DNA from: a plasmid
Direction: 5' to 3' (one strand)
Length of the DNA: 64,000 nt
Sequence record: NZ_AP019754.1
Under the pieces are notes generated by a model. The model was not told the DNA's origin. It worked only from the letters and a program-made list of their open reading frames with translations, and ran no database searches. The translations under genes and the position numbers were made by a program. Each line of letters opens with the position of its first letter. The first letter of the stretch is position 1. Of the stretch, positions 29,379 to 39,531 are shown piece after piece.

Positions 29379-29963
29379 ATGAAAGCATCAACGGCAACAT
29401 CTGGAGAAACACGCAAAGAGACGATTATTGCGGGCGCCATAGCGCTGTTTATCGAGAAGGGAATTGAAAAAACCACGACACGTGACTTAACGGAATCGCT
29501 GGGTATTTCACGCAGCCATATTTATCACTACTTTCCTGACTGGCACACGCTCACCCTGACTGCGCTGGAGCACTTTATGCAGCGCGAGTTGGATGATTTC
29601 ACCCTTGAGCTGGCCGCCCTGGATCCTGTGCAGCAACTACACTCTATGATTGAAGGCCACATTCCTGACACATCAGATTCAGTCTGGCGGCTTTATGCTT
29701 CCTTCTGGCAAATGGCCAGCCATAATGCCGATTACGCTGAACTGGCCGACAAGATTATCGCCGGTTGGGATGCGTTGCTCTGCAAGATTATTCGCGCGGG
29801 CGTTGAACAAGGGTGCTTGCATACGGATGATGTGGCACGCAGCGCACGCCAGCTTAACGCCTTGCTCAACGGCTACGCCGATCTGCTGAGTATTACGTCT
29901 TCACCCGCGCGAATTGAGCAGGCGTTGGCCGACATTCACCACTTTGTGCAATTTATGCGTTAA
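29379..29963 (+). CDS. TetR-family transcriptional regulator.
   Basis: CAGGAG Shine-Dalgarno before the ATG at 29379. HTH TTTRDLTESLGISRSHIYHYFPDW. Divergent from the membrane protein gene. Confidence 0.75.
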   Translation: MKASTATSGETRKETIIAGAIALFIEKGIEKTTTRDLTESLGISRSHIYHYFPDWHTLTLTALEHFMQRELDDFTLELAALDPVQQLHSMIEGHIPDTSDSVWRLYASFWQMASHNADYAELADKIIAGWDALLCKIIRAGVEQGCLHTDDVARSARQLNALLNGYADLLSITSSPARIEQALADIHHFVQFMR

Positions 29964-30426
29964 CGGAGCGGGAAGTCAGTAAAGCGCCGTTTTCTTCTTT
30001 ATTGCCATTAATTAAATGTTAAATAGAAGTTATACGAATGATGTGCAGTACGCTTTAAATGTGTCATTCAAATGGCGCGCGCTTTACATTTTGTGGCTTG
30101 ATTAATCTCAAATTTTATCGCTTATTCGCGCAGAAATGCTTGCTAACACACTTTATTTTTCTCGCCCAAACTGATGCCGAAATGCGATAAGCAGGTGTTT
30201 TTTGGCGCTTTATTGTTTACAGGTTTTGATAAAAGTGGCTGCCCTGGCCGTTAATTTGGGTCTAAGTCGCTGGTTTATAAAGTAAATACATTAACAAATC
30301 CTCATAAAATTAATCATTGAGTCCTGTGATAAAAACCAATATATTGGCCGCGTTTTTAACACTAGCTCTAAATTTTATTCACTTATCCAACTGCAGCGTG
30401 ATGCCACGCCCGGTTGTAGGAGAGAT

Positions 30427-31812
30427 ATGATGACGGATAAAGTCCGTATTGATAGTTTGAATGCGAATACATTAAACGGTAACAATGAGTCTTATCTGGC
30501 CCGCCAGGCCGAGTTTGAATCAAATGTTCGAAGTTATCCGCGTAAATTACCATTAGCGATTGCGAAAGCTAATGGTGTCTGGATCACAGACGTCGAGAAC
30601 AAACAGTATCTTGACTGTCTTGCCGGTGCCGGAACGCTTGCGTTAGGTCATAATCACCCTGACGTACTGCAAAGCATCCAAAATGTCATTACCAGCGGCT
30701 TGCCGTTACATACTCTGGATCTGACCACGCCACTCAAAGATGCGTTTTCAGAATACCTGCTCTCCCTGTTACCGGGTCAGGGCAAAGAATACTGCCTGCA
30801 ATTCACCGGTCCTTCCGGCGCGGATGCCGTTGAAGCCGCTATCAAGCTGGCGAAGAAACATACTGGCCGTTCAGGGGTGATCAGCTTCTCCGGGGGTTAT
30901 CACGGCATGACGCACGGTGCGCTTTCTGTCACCGGTAACCTGTCACCGAAAGAAGCCGTTAACGGCATGATGCCTGAAGTGCAGTTTATGCCTTATCCGC
31001 ACCTGTACCGTTGCCCGCTGGGCATTGGTGGTGACGCGGGCGTAAAAGCGCTGACCTACTACTTCGAAAACCTGATCAACGACGTTGAAAGTGGTGTGCG
31101 CAAACCTGCGGCCGTGATCCTCGAAGCAGTTCAGGGTGAAGGCGGCGTGAACCCTGCCCCGGCTGAATGGCTGCAGCGCATCCGTAAAGTTACCCAGGAA
31201 CACGGTATTCTGCTGATTCTGGATGAAGTTCAGGCAGGTTTTGCCCGCACTGGTAAATTCTTTGCGTTCGAGCATGCCGGTATTGAGCCCGATATCATTG
31301 TAATGTCAAAAGCCGTCGGCGGCGGTTTGCCGCTTGCCGTGCTGGGGATCAAAAAGCAGTTTGATGCCTGGTCACCTGGCCACCACACCGGGACATTCCG
31401 TGGCAACCAACTGGCCATGGCAACCGGCCTGACCACGCTGAAGCTGCTGAAAGAAAACAACATCGCTGGCAGCGTCGCTGAAAAAGGTGAGTGGCTGAAA
31501 GGCAAACTTGCCGAACTGCAGAAACGTTATCCTGCCATCGGTAACGTTCGCGGTCTTGGCCTGATGATCGGTATTGAAATGGTCAAGCCGAACGAAGCGC
31601 AGGATCATATGGGCTGCTACCCGGCCGATGGCGATTTATCGGCTCTGGTTCAGAAGAAATGCTTTGAAAACGGTCTGATCCTTGAGCGCGGGGGACGTCA
31701 CGGTTGCGTATTGCGTCTGCTGCCTTCCCTGTTGATCAATCATGACGAAATGCAGGTTTTCCTGGATAAGTTCGAAAGCGCCCTGCTTGCCGCTGGCGTC
31801 GAAGCAGTTTGA
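30427..31812 (+). CDS. dat: Diaminobutyrate--2-oxoglutarate transaminase (class III PLP aminotransferase).
   Basis: 461 aa. Motifs ...[15 protein letters not shown]..., ...[18 protein letters not shown]... and PLP-lysine [18 protein letters not shown] Shine-Dalgarno. Confidence 0.85.
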   Translation: MMTDKVRIDSLNANTLNGNNESYLARQAEFESNVRSYPRKLPLAIAKANGVWITDVENKQYLDCLAGAGTLALGHNHPDVLQSIQNVITSGLPLHTLDLTTPLKDAFSEYLLSLLPGQGKEYCLQFTGPSGADAVEAAIKLAKKHTGRSGVISFSGGYHGMTHGALSVTGNLSPKEAVNGMMPEVQFMPYPHLYRCPLGIGGDAGVKALTYYFENLINDVESGVRKPAAVILEAVQGEGGVNPAPAEWLQRIRKVTQEHGILLILDEVQAGFARTGKFFAFEHAGIEPDIIVMSKAVGGGLPLAVLGIKKQFDAWSPGHHTGTFRGNQLAMATGLTTLKLLKENNIAGSVAEKGEWLKGKLAELQKRYPAIGNVRGLGLMIGIEMVKPNEAQDHMGCYPADGDLSALVQKKCFENGLILERGGRHGCVLRLLPSLLINHDEMQVFLDKFESALLAAGVEAV

Positions 31813-31826
31813 GTGGAGTAAATTCG

Positions 31827-33293
31827 ATGTCACGGTCAAATCCGATTCTGGCGTCCTCAGTGCAAAGCACTGAGGCTTACCAGCAGGCTATCGCACAAAG
31901 CAGTGCGGCAGTGGTTAAGTGGCTGGAACAGCCTGAAATGTATCAGGGTAAAACAGTTGCTGAACTGCGCGAACGTATCCAATTGGACTTTAATCCCGAG
32001 GGCCTGGGCAACCAGGCCGCCATTGAGCGCGCGATTGAGTATTTCCTGAAAGACAGTCTGTCGGTCCATCACCCACAGTGTGTGGCGCATTTGCACTGCC
32101 CGAGTCTGGTCATTAGCCAGGCTGCCGAGGTGCTGATTAACGCGACGAACCAGAGTATGGATTCCTGGGATCAGGCGCCTTCTGCCACCCTGATTGAAAT
32201 GAAGCTGATTGAATGGCTGCGTTCACAGGTGGGTTATCAGGCAGGCGATGCCGGTGTGTTCACCAGCGGCGGCACCCAGAGCAATCTGATGGGGCTGATG
32301 CTGGCGCGTGATGCCTTCTTTGCCCGTCAGGGCCATTCTGTTCAGCAGGACGGACTGATCGGCGATCTCAGAAAGATCAAAGTCTTTTGTTCAGAGAATG
32401 CCCACTTCTCCGTGCAGAAGAACATGGCGCTCCTCGGCCTGGGCTACCAGTCCGTGACGTTAGTGAAATGCGATGAGTTTGCACGCATGGACATAACCGA
32501 TCTGGCTGACAAACTGGCACAGTCGAAAGCCAATAATGAACAGGTGCTGGCCATTGTCGCGACAGCAGGCACCACCGACGCCGGTGCTATCGATCCGCTG
32601 CGTGATATCGTCAAACTGGCCGCAGAGCAGAAAATCTGGGTGCACGTTGACGCGGCCTGGGGCGGTGCATTGCTGCTGTCAGAGAAGTATCGTCATTATC
32701 TGGACGGGCTGGACCTGGTGGATTCCGTTACGCTGGACTTCCACAAACAGTTTTTCCAGACCATCAGCTGCGGTGCTTTTCTGTTAAAAGAAGCCCGTCA
32801 CTATGAGCTGATGCGCTATCAGGCGGCATACCTGAACTCTGAGTTTGATGAAGCACAGGGCGTGCCGAATCTGGTTTCGAAATCGTTGCAGACCACCCGT
32901 CGTTTTGATGCGCTGAAACTGTGGATGGGACTGGAAGCCCTCGGTCAGAAGCAGTACGCCGCCATTATCGACCATGGCGTAACGCTGGCTCAGCAGGTGG
33001 CGCAGTTTGTTGAGCAGCACGACGCGCTGGAACTGGTTATGAAACCTCAACTGGCGAGCGTCCTGTTCCGTTATCGTCCACAACAGATGGCGGAGTGGAG
33101 CGATGCCGACGTTGCGCTATTCAATCAGCGTATTGGCGATGCTCTGCTGGAATCAGGTCGCGCCAACGTTGGCGTGACCGAGCATAACGGCGTTACCTGT
33201 CTGAAAATGACGTTGTTAAATCCAACCGTGACGCTGGAAGATATTACCGTCCTGCTGGCACTGCTTGAGAAAACAGCTCAGTCATTACGCTAA
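31827..33293 (+). CDS. ddc: L-2,4-diaminobutyrate decarboxylase (PLP-dependent group II decarboxylase).
   Basis: 489 aa, group II decarboxylase fold (…SGGTQSNLMGLMLARD… , …LDFHKQF…). GGAG Shine-Dalgarno 8 nt before the ATG at 31827. The ORF-track TTG at 31809 is unlikely. Confidence 0.85.
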   Translation: MSRSNPILASSVQSTEAYQQAIAQSSAAVVKWLEQPEMYQGKTVAELRERIQLDFNPEGLGNQAAIERAIEYFLKDSLSVHHPQCVAHLHCPSLVISQAAEVLINATNQSMDSWDQAPSATLIEMKLIEWLRSQVGYQAGDAGVFTSGGTQSNLMGLMLARDAFFARQGHSVQQDGLIGDLRKIKVFCSENAHFSVQKNMALLGLGYQSVTLVKCDEFARMDITDLADKLAQSKANNEQVLAIVATAGTTDAGAIDPLRDIVKLAAEQKIWVHVDAAWGGALLLSEKYRHYLDGLDLVDSVTLDFHKQFFQTISCGAFLLKEARHYELMRYQAAYLNSEFDEAQGVPNLVSKSLQTTRRFDALKLWMGLEALGQKQYAAIIDHGVTLAQQVAQFVEQHDALELVMKPQLASVLFRYRPQQMAEWSDADVALFNQRIGDALLESGRANVGVTEHNGVTCLKMTLLNPTVTLEDITVLLALLEKTAQSLR

Positions 33294-33302
33294 ATGCTTC
33301 AT

Positions 33303-33340
33303 CATGCCGGTGACAGTGTCACCGGCATGGCGCTCTTATT
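33303..33340 (+). terminator. Candidate intrinsic terminator after ddc.
   Basis: Perfect 12-bp palindrome ATGCCGGTGACA-G-TGTCACCGGCAT, followed by a T-containing stretch. Confidence 0.4.
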
Positions 33341-33598
33341 CCCCATGCTGCTGGCGCATGAGTCCGCTGCACCTTCCCTCTGAATGCCTCCCTGCCCCTT
33401 TAATCAACAGGTTATCATCTGTTTGGACGTCACGGCGTTGCTGGACTTGCCGTTTGCAGGTCTCTTAAAGGCGAAGAAAAAGCGCAGCACCTATGGGATA
33501 TCGCGCAGCACTGGCGTGATCATCTCCGTGGCCAAAAACAGCGAGAACGGCTGACGCAGAAACGTTATCGTCCTTCTGTTGATAACCGGAGGATCACA

Positions 33599-34069
33599 AT
33601 GACCTATCAAATCTCAGGCCTGAAAGCCGATGCTTTCACTCACCTTTACGGACAGAATGAGCGCTATTTAAAACAACATGGCGTAATGAGACTGAAAGTA
33701 GAAAACGCTCCTGGCTATCCCGACAGAATTTCACTGCGTGATATCCCGGCGGGTGAAACCGCGCTGCTGATTAATCATCTCTATCAACCGGCCCGAACGC
33801 CTTATTATGGTTCTCATGCGATCTACCTCTGGGAGCACTGTACCCAACAGGGCATTTACATTAATGCATTACCCCCGGTCATGACGCACCGGCTTCTTTC
33901 GTTACGGGGCTTTGATGCGCAAGATTTACTGATCCAGGCAGACGTCTGCGAAGGAAAAGCAGCAGACGAAATGATAACGCACTTTTTTAGCCACCCGACG
34001 GTGCGCTATATCCAGGTCCATAACGCCAGGCAGGGATGTTATTCCTGCCGGGTAGATCGTTGTGAGTAA
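33599..34069 (+). CDS. DUF1203-like hypothetical protein.
   Basis: 156 aa. GGAGGA Shine-Dalgarno. Family assignment is from memory only. Confidence 0.45.
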   Translation: MTYQISGLKADAFTHLYGQNERYLKQHGVMRLKVENAPGYPDRISLRDIPAGETALLINHLYQPARTPYYGSHAIYLWEHCTQQGIYINALPPVMTHRLLSLRGFDAQDLLIQADVCEGKAADEMITHFFSHPTVRYIQVHNARQGCYSCRVDRCE

Positions 34070-34289
34070 CGGGCCCGGCAGTGACCGGGGGAAGGCGAAA
34101 GGTGCGCTTCGTCTGTTTTGTTCCCGAAGTCGGTGAGGCGCAGAGAGTGAAATGATACAGCGCGCTCAGATAGCCCAGGAATGCGTGCAGCAGATTTTCA
34201 GAACAGACAGCGAATATGTTCAGTCAGCGCTTGCACCCTGAGGCACCATACTGCAGGATCGGTTTTTTACCGCATTTATCGGAAAGACT

Positions 34290-34577
34290 ATGACCGTTCA
34301 CGCCTCTAAAGATCCCCTGCATGGCGTTACGCTTGAAATGCAGGTCAACAGCCTTGTCGCACAGTATGGCTGGCCTGAACTGAGTAAGCGCATCAATATT
34401 AACTGTTTTAAAAACGACCCCAGCGTGAAGTCCAGCCTGAAGTTTTTACGCCGTACGCCGTGGGCGCGGGCAGAAGTGGAAGCGCTCTATCTGGCTTCGC
34501 TGAGTGAATCTCAGCCGGATTCTGCGCCCCCAGCCAGTGGTGATCCCTGGGCTAACTGGCGCGAAGATAAAACCTGA
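34290..34577 (+). CDS. VF530/DUF2132-family small protein.
   Basis: [16 protein letters not shown]...YGWPEL...[27 protein letters not shown] matches the DUF2132 core closely. Confidence 0.6.
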   Translation: MTVHASKDPLHGVTLEMQVNSLVAQYGWPELSKRININCFKNDPSVKSSLKFLRRTPWARAEVEALYLASLSESQPDSAPPASGDPWANWREDKT

Positions 34578-34601
34578 AAACGTGTTAACGCCCTTCTAAA
34601 C

Positions 34602-34640
34602 AAAAAAAAGCCCGCGTCACGGATGGCGCGGGCTTAGTTT
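34602..34640. terminator. Bidirectional intrinsic terminator between the DUF2132 gene and mqo.
   Basis: A8 tract, hairpin GCCCGCG-N10-CGCGGGC, then a T-rich run; read on the minus strand it is a hairpin followed by U8. Confidence 0.7.
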
Positions 34641-34656
34641 CGTTCAGATGACCGTA

Positions 34657-36306
34657 TTACAGCGCCATATCGTGCTGCGCCGAGGCTGGGGCTTTTTCGC
34701 TGTTAGCAGCGGGCGCTTCAGTTGGCTGATTGCCCATCTGAATAACCGGCGGCTTGGTCAGCTGCAGCGTTGCTGCCGTTTCATCCCAGACCTGCTGCGT
34801 GAGCGCAGGGTTGTCGTTCAGTTTCTGGCCGTAAGCAGGAACGATTTTACGGATTTTTTCCTGCCATTCTGCTGACTTGAATTGTTCCGGGAACAGTTTC
34901 TGCATCACATTGATTGCGATAGGTGCAGCCGTGGATGCGCCAGGCGATGCACCCAGCAATGCGGCAACGGTTTTCTGCTGATCGGTCACAATTTCCGTAC
35001 CCAGTTTCAGCACGCCGCCTTTATCCGCATCCTTTTTGATGATCTGCACGCGCTGACCGGCCTGAATCAGTTTCCAGTCTTCTTTCTTCGCTTCAGGATA
35101 GTACTCTTTCAGCGCGGCAAAACGGTCATCATCGCTCAACATAACCTGACCGATCAGGTATTTGACCAGGTCAAAGTTATCCATGCCTACGTGGGTCATC
35201 GGCATAAAGTTGTGCGTGGTCGTTGTGCTCAGTAAATCAAACAACGAACCATTTTTCAGGAACTTGGTTGAGAACGTTGCGAAAGGTCCAAACAGCACGA
35301 CACGCTTACCATCAAGGTAACGGGTATCCAGATGCGGAACCGACATCGGTGGCGCACCCACGGAAGCCTGACCATACACTTTTGCCAGATGGCGATCGGC
35401 AATCGCGCTATTCTCTGTCACCAGGAAGGATCCCCCTACCGGGAAACCTGCGTAATTGTCGGCTTCCGGAATACCGGTTTTTTGCAGCAGTTTAAGCGCA
35501 CCGCCACCTGCACCGATAAAGACGTATTTCGCGTCTACGGTACGTTCGCCGCCATTTTTGGCGTCTTTAATGGTAACGTGCCAGGAATTATCACTGTTAC
35601 GTTTAAAATCGGTCACTTCCGAAGAGGTTTCCAGGCGGAAATTATCGTTCTTCTTCAGGCTGCCAATTAACTGACGGGTGATTTCACCATAGTTAACGTC
35701 GGTTCCTACTGGCGTCCAGGTAGCAGCCACTTTTTGTTGTGGATCGCGACCTTCCATAACCAGCGGCGCCCACTGCGCGATCTGCTTGTGATCGGTTGAG
35801 AACTTCATGCCCTGGAACAGCACAGTTTTCTGCAGTGCGGCATAGCGTTTCGTCAGATAATCAACGTTATCGCCCCAGACAAAGCTCATGTGCGGCGTTG
35901 AGTTAATGAACGAACGCGGATTATTTAACACGCCGTCTTTAACCTGAGAGCTCCAGAACTGACGAGAAATCATGAAGGCTTCGTTGATTTCCAGCGCTTT
36001 GGTCACGTCAATAGAACCGTCTGCACGCTCTGGCGTGTAGTTCAGTTCCATGTTGGCTGAGTGGCCGGTACCGGCGTTGTTCCAGCCGTTAGAGGATTCC
36101 AGCGCTACGCCATCAAGTTTCTCAACCATGATCTGTTTCCAGCCCGGTTGCAGCTCTTCCAGCAGGGTGCCCAGAGAGGCGCTCATGATACCGCCGCCAA
36201 TCAGCAGAACATCTGTTTTTTCTGGTGAATTTTCAGCGTGGGTCACTGAAGAAACGAGTAACGCTGCAAGCGACAGTGCAGGTACAAATTTAGTTGATTT
36301 AATCAT
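34657..36306 (-). CDS. mqo: Malate:quinone oxidoreductase.
   Basis: 549 aa. N-terminal FAD-binding [17 protein letters not shown] and Mqo-family colinearity throughout. Confidence 0.9.
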   Translation of the reverse strand: MIKSTKFVPALSLAALLVSSVTHAENSPEKTDVLLIGGGIMSASLGTLLEELQPGWKQIMVEKLDGVALESSNGWNNAGTGHSANMELNYTPERADGSIDVTKALEINEAFMISRQFWSSQVKDGVLNNPRSFINSTPHMSFVWGDNVDYLTKRYAALQKTVLFQGMKFSTDHKQIAQWAPLVMEGRDPQQKVAATWTPVGTDVNYGEITRQLIGSLKKNDNFRLETSSEVTDFKRNSDNSWHVTIKDAKNGGERTVDAKYVFIGAGGGALKLLQKTGIPEADNYAGFPVGGSFLVTENSAIADRHLAKVYGQASVGAPPMSVPHLDTRYLDGKRVVLFGPFATFSTKFLKNGSLFDLLSTTTTHNFMPMTHVGMDNFDLVKYLIGQVMLSDDDRFAALKEYYPEAKKEDWKLIQAGQRVQIIKKDADKGGVLKLGTEIVTDQQKTVAALLGASPGASTAAPIAINVMQKLFPEQFKSAEWQEKIRKIVPAYGQKLNDNPALTQQVWDETAATLQLTKPPVIQMGNQPTEAPAANSEKAPASAQHDMAL

Positions 36307-36686
36307 TAGGGATCTACGATTTCGTGGAGAACTAGTTAAAAAAAGTTCCGAAACTTTAAAATATTGTTATTTCGTAGTTAATATGAAAATAGTTAAAAAA
36401 TTAAAAGACAGGGTTTTGCAGTTAATTTAGTTACAAAAGATTAACTTTGTTATCGATATATTTTAACCACACAATAAAGGGGCGTTTCGAAATATACAAT
36501 GCCCTAACACAAATATTCTCTGTGCGACGAATAAACGGAAATGGCGGCGCCTGACCGGAAAGTGGGGTTATTTACTGCGACAAACGTGCATTAACATGCA
36601 CGGAACAGGATGAGGCGGTTGACGAAAAAGTATGGGCAGTACACGCAACCTGATGTCCCTGAGCGATACGCCTTCAGGGACATGGA

Positions 36687-37631
36687 TTAGTGGCGAATCA
36701 GCGCCAGTTCGTCTTCACTCAGACCAGTCATCTTCATAACCGTCTCACGGTCAAGACCGCTTTGAAGCATAGTGCGGGCGATTTTCAGCGTCGCTTCGCG
36801 CTCTCCCTCTGAGCGGCCTTCTTCGCGACCCAGTTGGATGCCTTTTTCCATGCCTTTTTCCATGCCTTTTTGTTCGAGCTGCTGCGCAATGGTCATCAGT
36901 ACGTCTCCGTGTTGCGGCACGCGATGTGCCAGTTCTCTTACCAATGCTTCGGCGTCGGCGGTTTCTCCCGCCTGCACGATATAGTGTATCAGTGATACGA
37001 CCTGTGATGAAGAAAGATAGCCCGCCAGTAAGACCGGGACAAGCTTATCAACCAACTCCGCTAAATCGCGCTGGTGGATATGTTTCTGAAGCAGGGTTAA
37101 CGCGGCCATACTGCGGTGCTCTGCAATCTCCTCGTCAGGAATAATCGTGACATCCACCAGCGGAAAAGCCGTGCTATAGAGCCGGTTGGCCAGCGCAGGA
37201 TCGGTAAATTCATCCAGCCAGCGCGTGGAATAAGGATAAGGACGACGTTTCCCGGTATAGAACAAGACAGGGATGACCAGCGGCAATTTTTTATGGCCGG
37301 CTTCAAGGTGGCGCTGCATCGCCGCCACGGCATAACGCAGCAGCCTGAATGCCATGTGCTTATCCGGTGAGGACTGATGTTCGATCAGGACGTGAACATA
37401 GCCGTCATCGCCTTGTGCGGTTTTCAGGCTGTACAACACGTCGCTGAAATATTGGCGAAGATCATCTTCAACGAAAGATCCGGATTCGAGTTTTAACGTG
37501 CTGAGATCGCACACGGCCCGTAATTCCGCAGGCAGGTGCAATTCCATAAAATCACGCGCAATCTCTGTCTGCGTAAGAAACTGGCGGAAGGTGGCATCGT
37601 GAGGCGTGGGTGTACTGTTTTTTTTCTTCAT
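36687..37631 (-). CDS. Rpn-family recombination-promoting nuclease / putative transposase (YhgA-like, PD-(D/E)XK).
   Basis: 314 aa. N-terminal HDATFRQFL...LHLPAELR motif, and the YhgA-like C-terminal region with repeated GMEKG. Confidence 0.8.
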   Translation of the reverse strand: MKKKNSTPTPHDATFRQFLTQTEIARDFMELHLPAELRAVCDLSTLKLESGSFVEDDLRQYFSDVLYSLKTAQGDDGYVHVLIEHQSSPDKHMAFRLLRYAVAAMQRHLEAGHKKLPLVIPVLFYTGKRRPYPYSTRWLDEFTDPALANRLYSTAFPLVDVTIIPDEEIAEHRSMAALTLLQKHIHQRDLAELVDKLVPVLLAGYLSSSQVVSLIHYIVQAGETADAEALVRELAHRVPQHGDVLMTIAQQLEQKGMEKGMEKGIQLGREEGRSEGEREATLKIARTMLQSGLDRETVMKMTGLSEDELALIRH

Positions 37632-37890
37632 CTGTCCTGACTCTGCAAGCGCAACCTGGCGTAATGCTTACCGGCGCGAAAACGAATATGTCGATTCACA
37701 CATACATTTTGTCCAGCACTCTCTGATTTACCTGCCATGCTGTCAGTATGATTTACAGGCGTTGTCCGTCATCATGCCAGATATCCACGGTTAAAAGCAC
37801 GCTAACCTGCTTAATTTACTGGATTTCAGGCGCAAACTGTACTGGTGCGACGACTTCGCGTATGTTGCAACGCGTACCTCAACACATCTG

Positions 37891-39531
37891 ATGCTGACTA
37901 TGAATGACTCCCGGCCACAACGATCGTTAAAGAAGCGCCCAATGAAGCTCAGCACCCTGTCGTCATTGATGATGGCGGCCGTGCTGATGACCGTAATATT
38001 AAGCGTCCATCTGCTTTATTACATCCAGATCGATAACTTCACCCGTTCGCATTTGAAAGATAAAGCGATGGCAGTGGCGCGCACTCTGGCCGACAGCCCG
38101 GAGATTCAGCAGGCCCTGACGCGGCCAGACGGAAGCACCATCATTCAACCGATCGCGCAGGCAACGCGAAAACGTAACGATTTGCTGTTTGTCGTCGTCA
38201 CCGACATGCGCGGTATTCGCTTCTCTCACCCGAACCCTGAAGTGGTTAATCAGCACTTTGTCGGGAACGATATTAAACCGGCGTTACGCGGCAGGGAGAA
38301 TGTCGCGGTGAATCATGGCGTACTGGTTGAGGCGCTCAGGGTATTTACGCCCGTTTTCAATCAGGCGCATCAGCAAATTGGCGTGGTGGCCATTGGGATC
38401 TCGGTGAATGATGTCGCGGCGCAAATTGCGAAAAGCCGCTGGAATATTCTCTGGACCGTGCTGTTTGGCGGGCTGGTTGGCATGCTCGGCATATTAATCT
38501 TAGTGAAACGCTTAAAGCACATTTTACTGGGATTAGAGCCGTATGAGATTTCCAGCTTGTTTGAAGAGCGTCAGGCTATTCTCGATTCGATTAAAGAAGG
38601 TGTGATTGCGGTTGACGATCAATCCCGCGTCAGCCTGATTAATCAGGCTGCGCAGCAGCTGTTAAAAGAAACCACCCGCGAAGCATTTCTGAGCGGTGAC
38701 CGCGTGCCGGAAAATGCACAGATGCTGACGCATTTACGCGATGCATTGCACGAAGGCAAAGCCTCTTATGACGAAGAGCTCAACGTACGCGGCAAAATAC
38801 TGATCAGTAACACCGTGCCGGTGCGCAGTCGTGACAGTATTATTGGGGCAGTGAGCACATTCAGGGATAAAACAGAAATCAGCCAGCTAATGCAGCGTCT
38901 CGACGGCATGGTAAACTATGTCGATGCACTGCGGGAGCGATCCCATGAATTCATGAACAAGCTGCATGTGATTCTTGGTCTGCTACACATGAAAAACTAT
39001 GCGCAGATGGAAGAGTACATCCTTAAAACGGCCAATAACTATCAAACGGAAATAGGTTCGCTGCTACAGAAGATTAAGTCGCCTGTTATTGCAGGCTTCC
39101 TGTTGAGCAAAATTAACCGCGTAACAGATGAAGGCCACCAGCTGATCCTGAGCGAAGCCAGCTATCTGCCCGACAACGGCAGTGAACAGCAAATCGCAGC
39201 ACTTATCACGGTACTGGGCAATCTGATTGAAAACGCGCTGGAAGCGCTCGATCCGGAAATGGAAGGGGAAATCCATGTCATGCTGCATTATCAAAACGGC
39301 TGGCTGTCGTGCGAGGTCAGTGACGATGGCCCCGGTATTCCTGCCGATCAGCTCGCCGCCATTTTCGAACGCGGCGTCTCTACCAAAGGTGAAGATCGTG
39401 GCGTTGGACTGTTTTTACTCAAGCAACAAACGGAAAGTCTGGGCGGTAACGTCAGCGTGGAATCAGAACCGGGCGTTTATACTCAGTTTCTGGTTCAGCT
39501 TCCGTGGGAAAGAGGGAATATTAGCGAATGA
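37891..39531 (+). CDS. dcuS: C4-dicarboxylate sensor histidine kinase DcuS (CitA family).
   Basis: Near-colinear with E. coli DcuS: KRPMKLST, KAMAVARTLADSPEI, RKRNDLLFVVVTDM, the periplasmic PAS domain, and H-box ERSHEFMNKLHVILGLLH. Confidence 0.9.
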   Translation: MLTMNDSRPQRSLKKRPMKLSTLSSLMMAAVLMTVILSVHLLYYIQIDNFTRSHLKDKAMAVARTLADSPEIQQALTRPDGSTIIQPIAQATRKRNDLLFVVVTDMRGIRFSHPNPEVVNQHFVGNDIKPALRGRENVAVNHGVLVEALRVFTPVFNQAHQQIGVVAIGISVNDVAAQIAKSRWNILWTVLFGGLVGMLGILILVKRLKHILLGLEPYEISSLFEERQAILDSIKEGVIAVDDQSRVSLINQAAQQLLKETTREAFLSGDRVPENAQMLTHLRDALHEGKASYDEELNVRGKILISNTVPVRSRDSIIGAVSTFRDKTEISQLMQRLDGMVNYVDALRERSHEFMNKLHVILGLLHMKNYAQMEEYILKTANNYQTEIGSLLQKIKSPVIAGFLLSKINRVTDEGHQLILSEASYLPDNGSEQQIAALITVLGNLIENALEALDPEMEGEIHVMLHYQNGWLSCEVSDDGPGIPADQLAAIFERGVSTKGEDRGVGLFLLKQQTESLGGNVSVESEPGVYTQFLVQLPWERGNISE

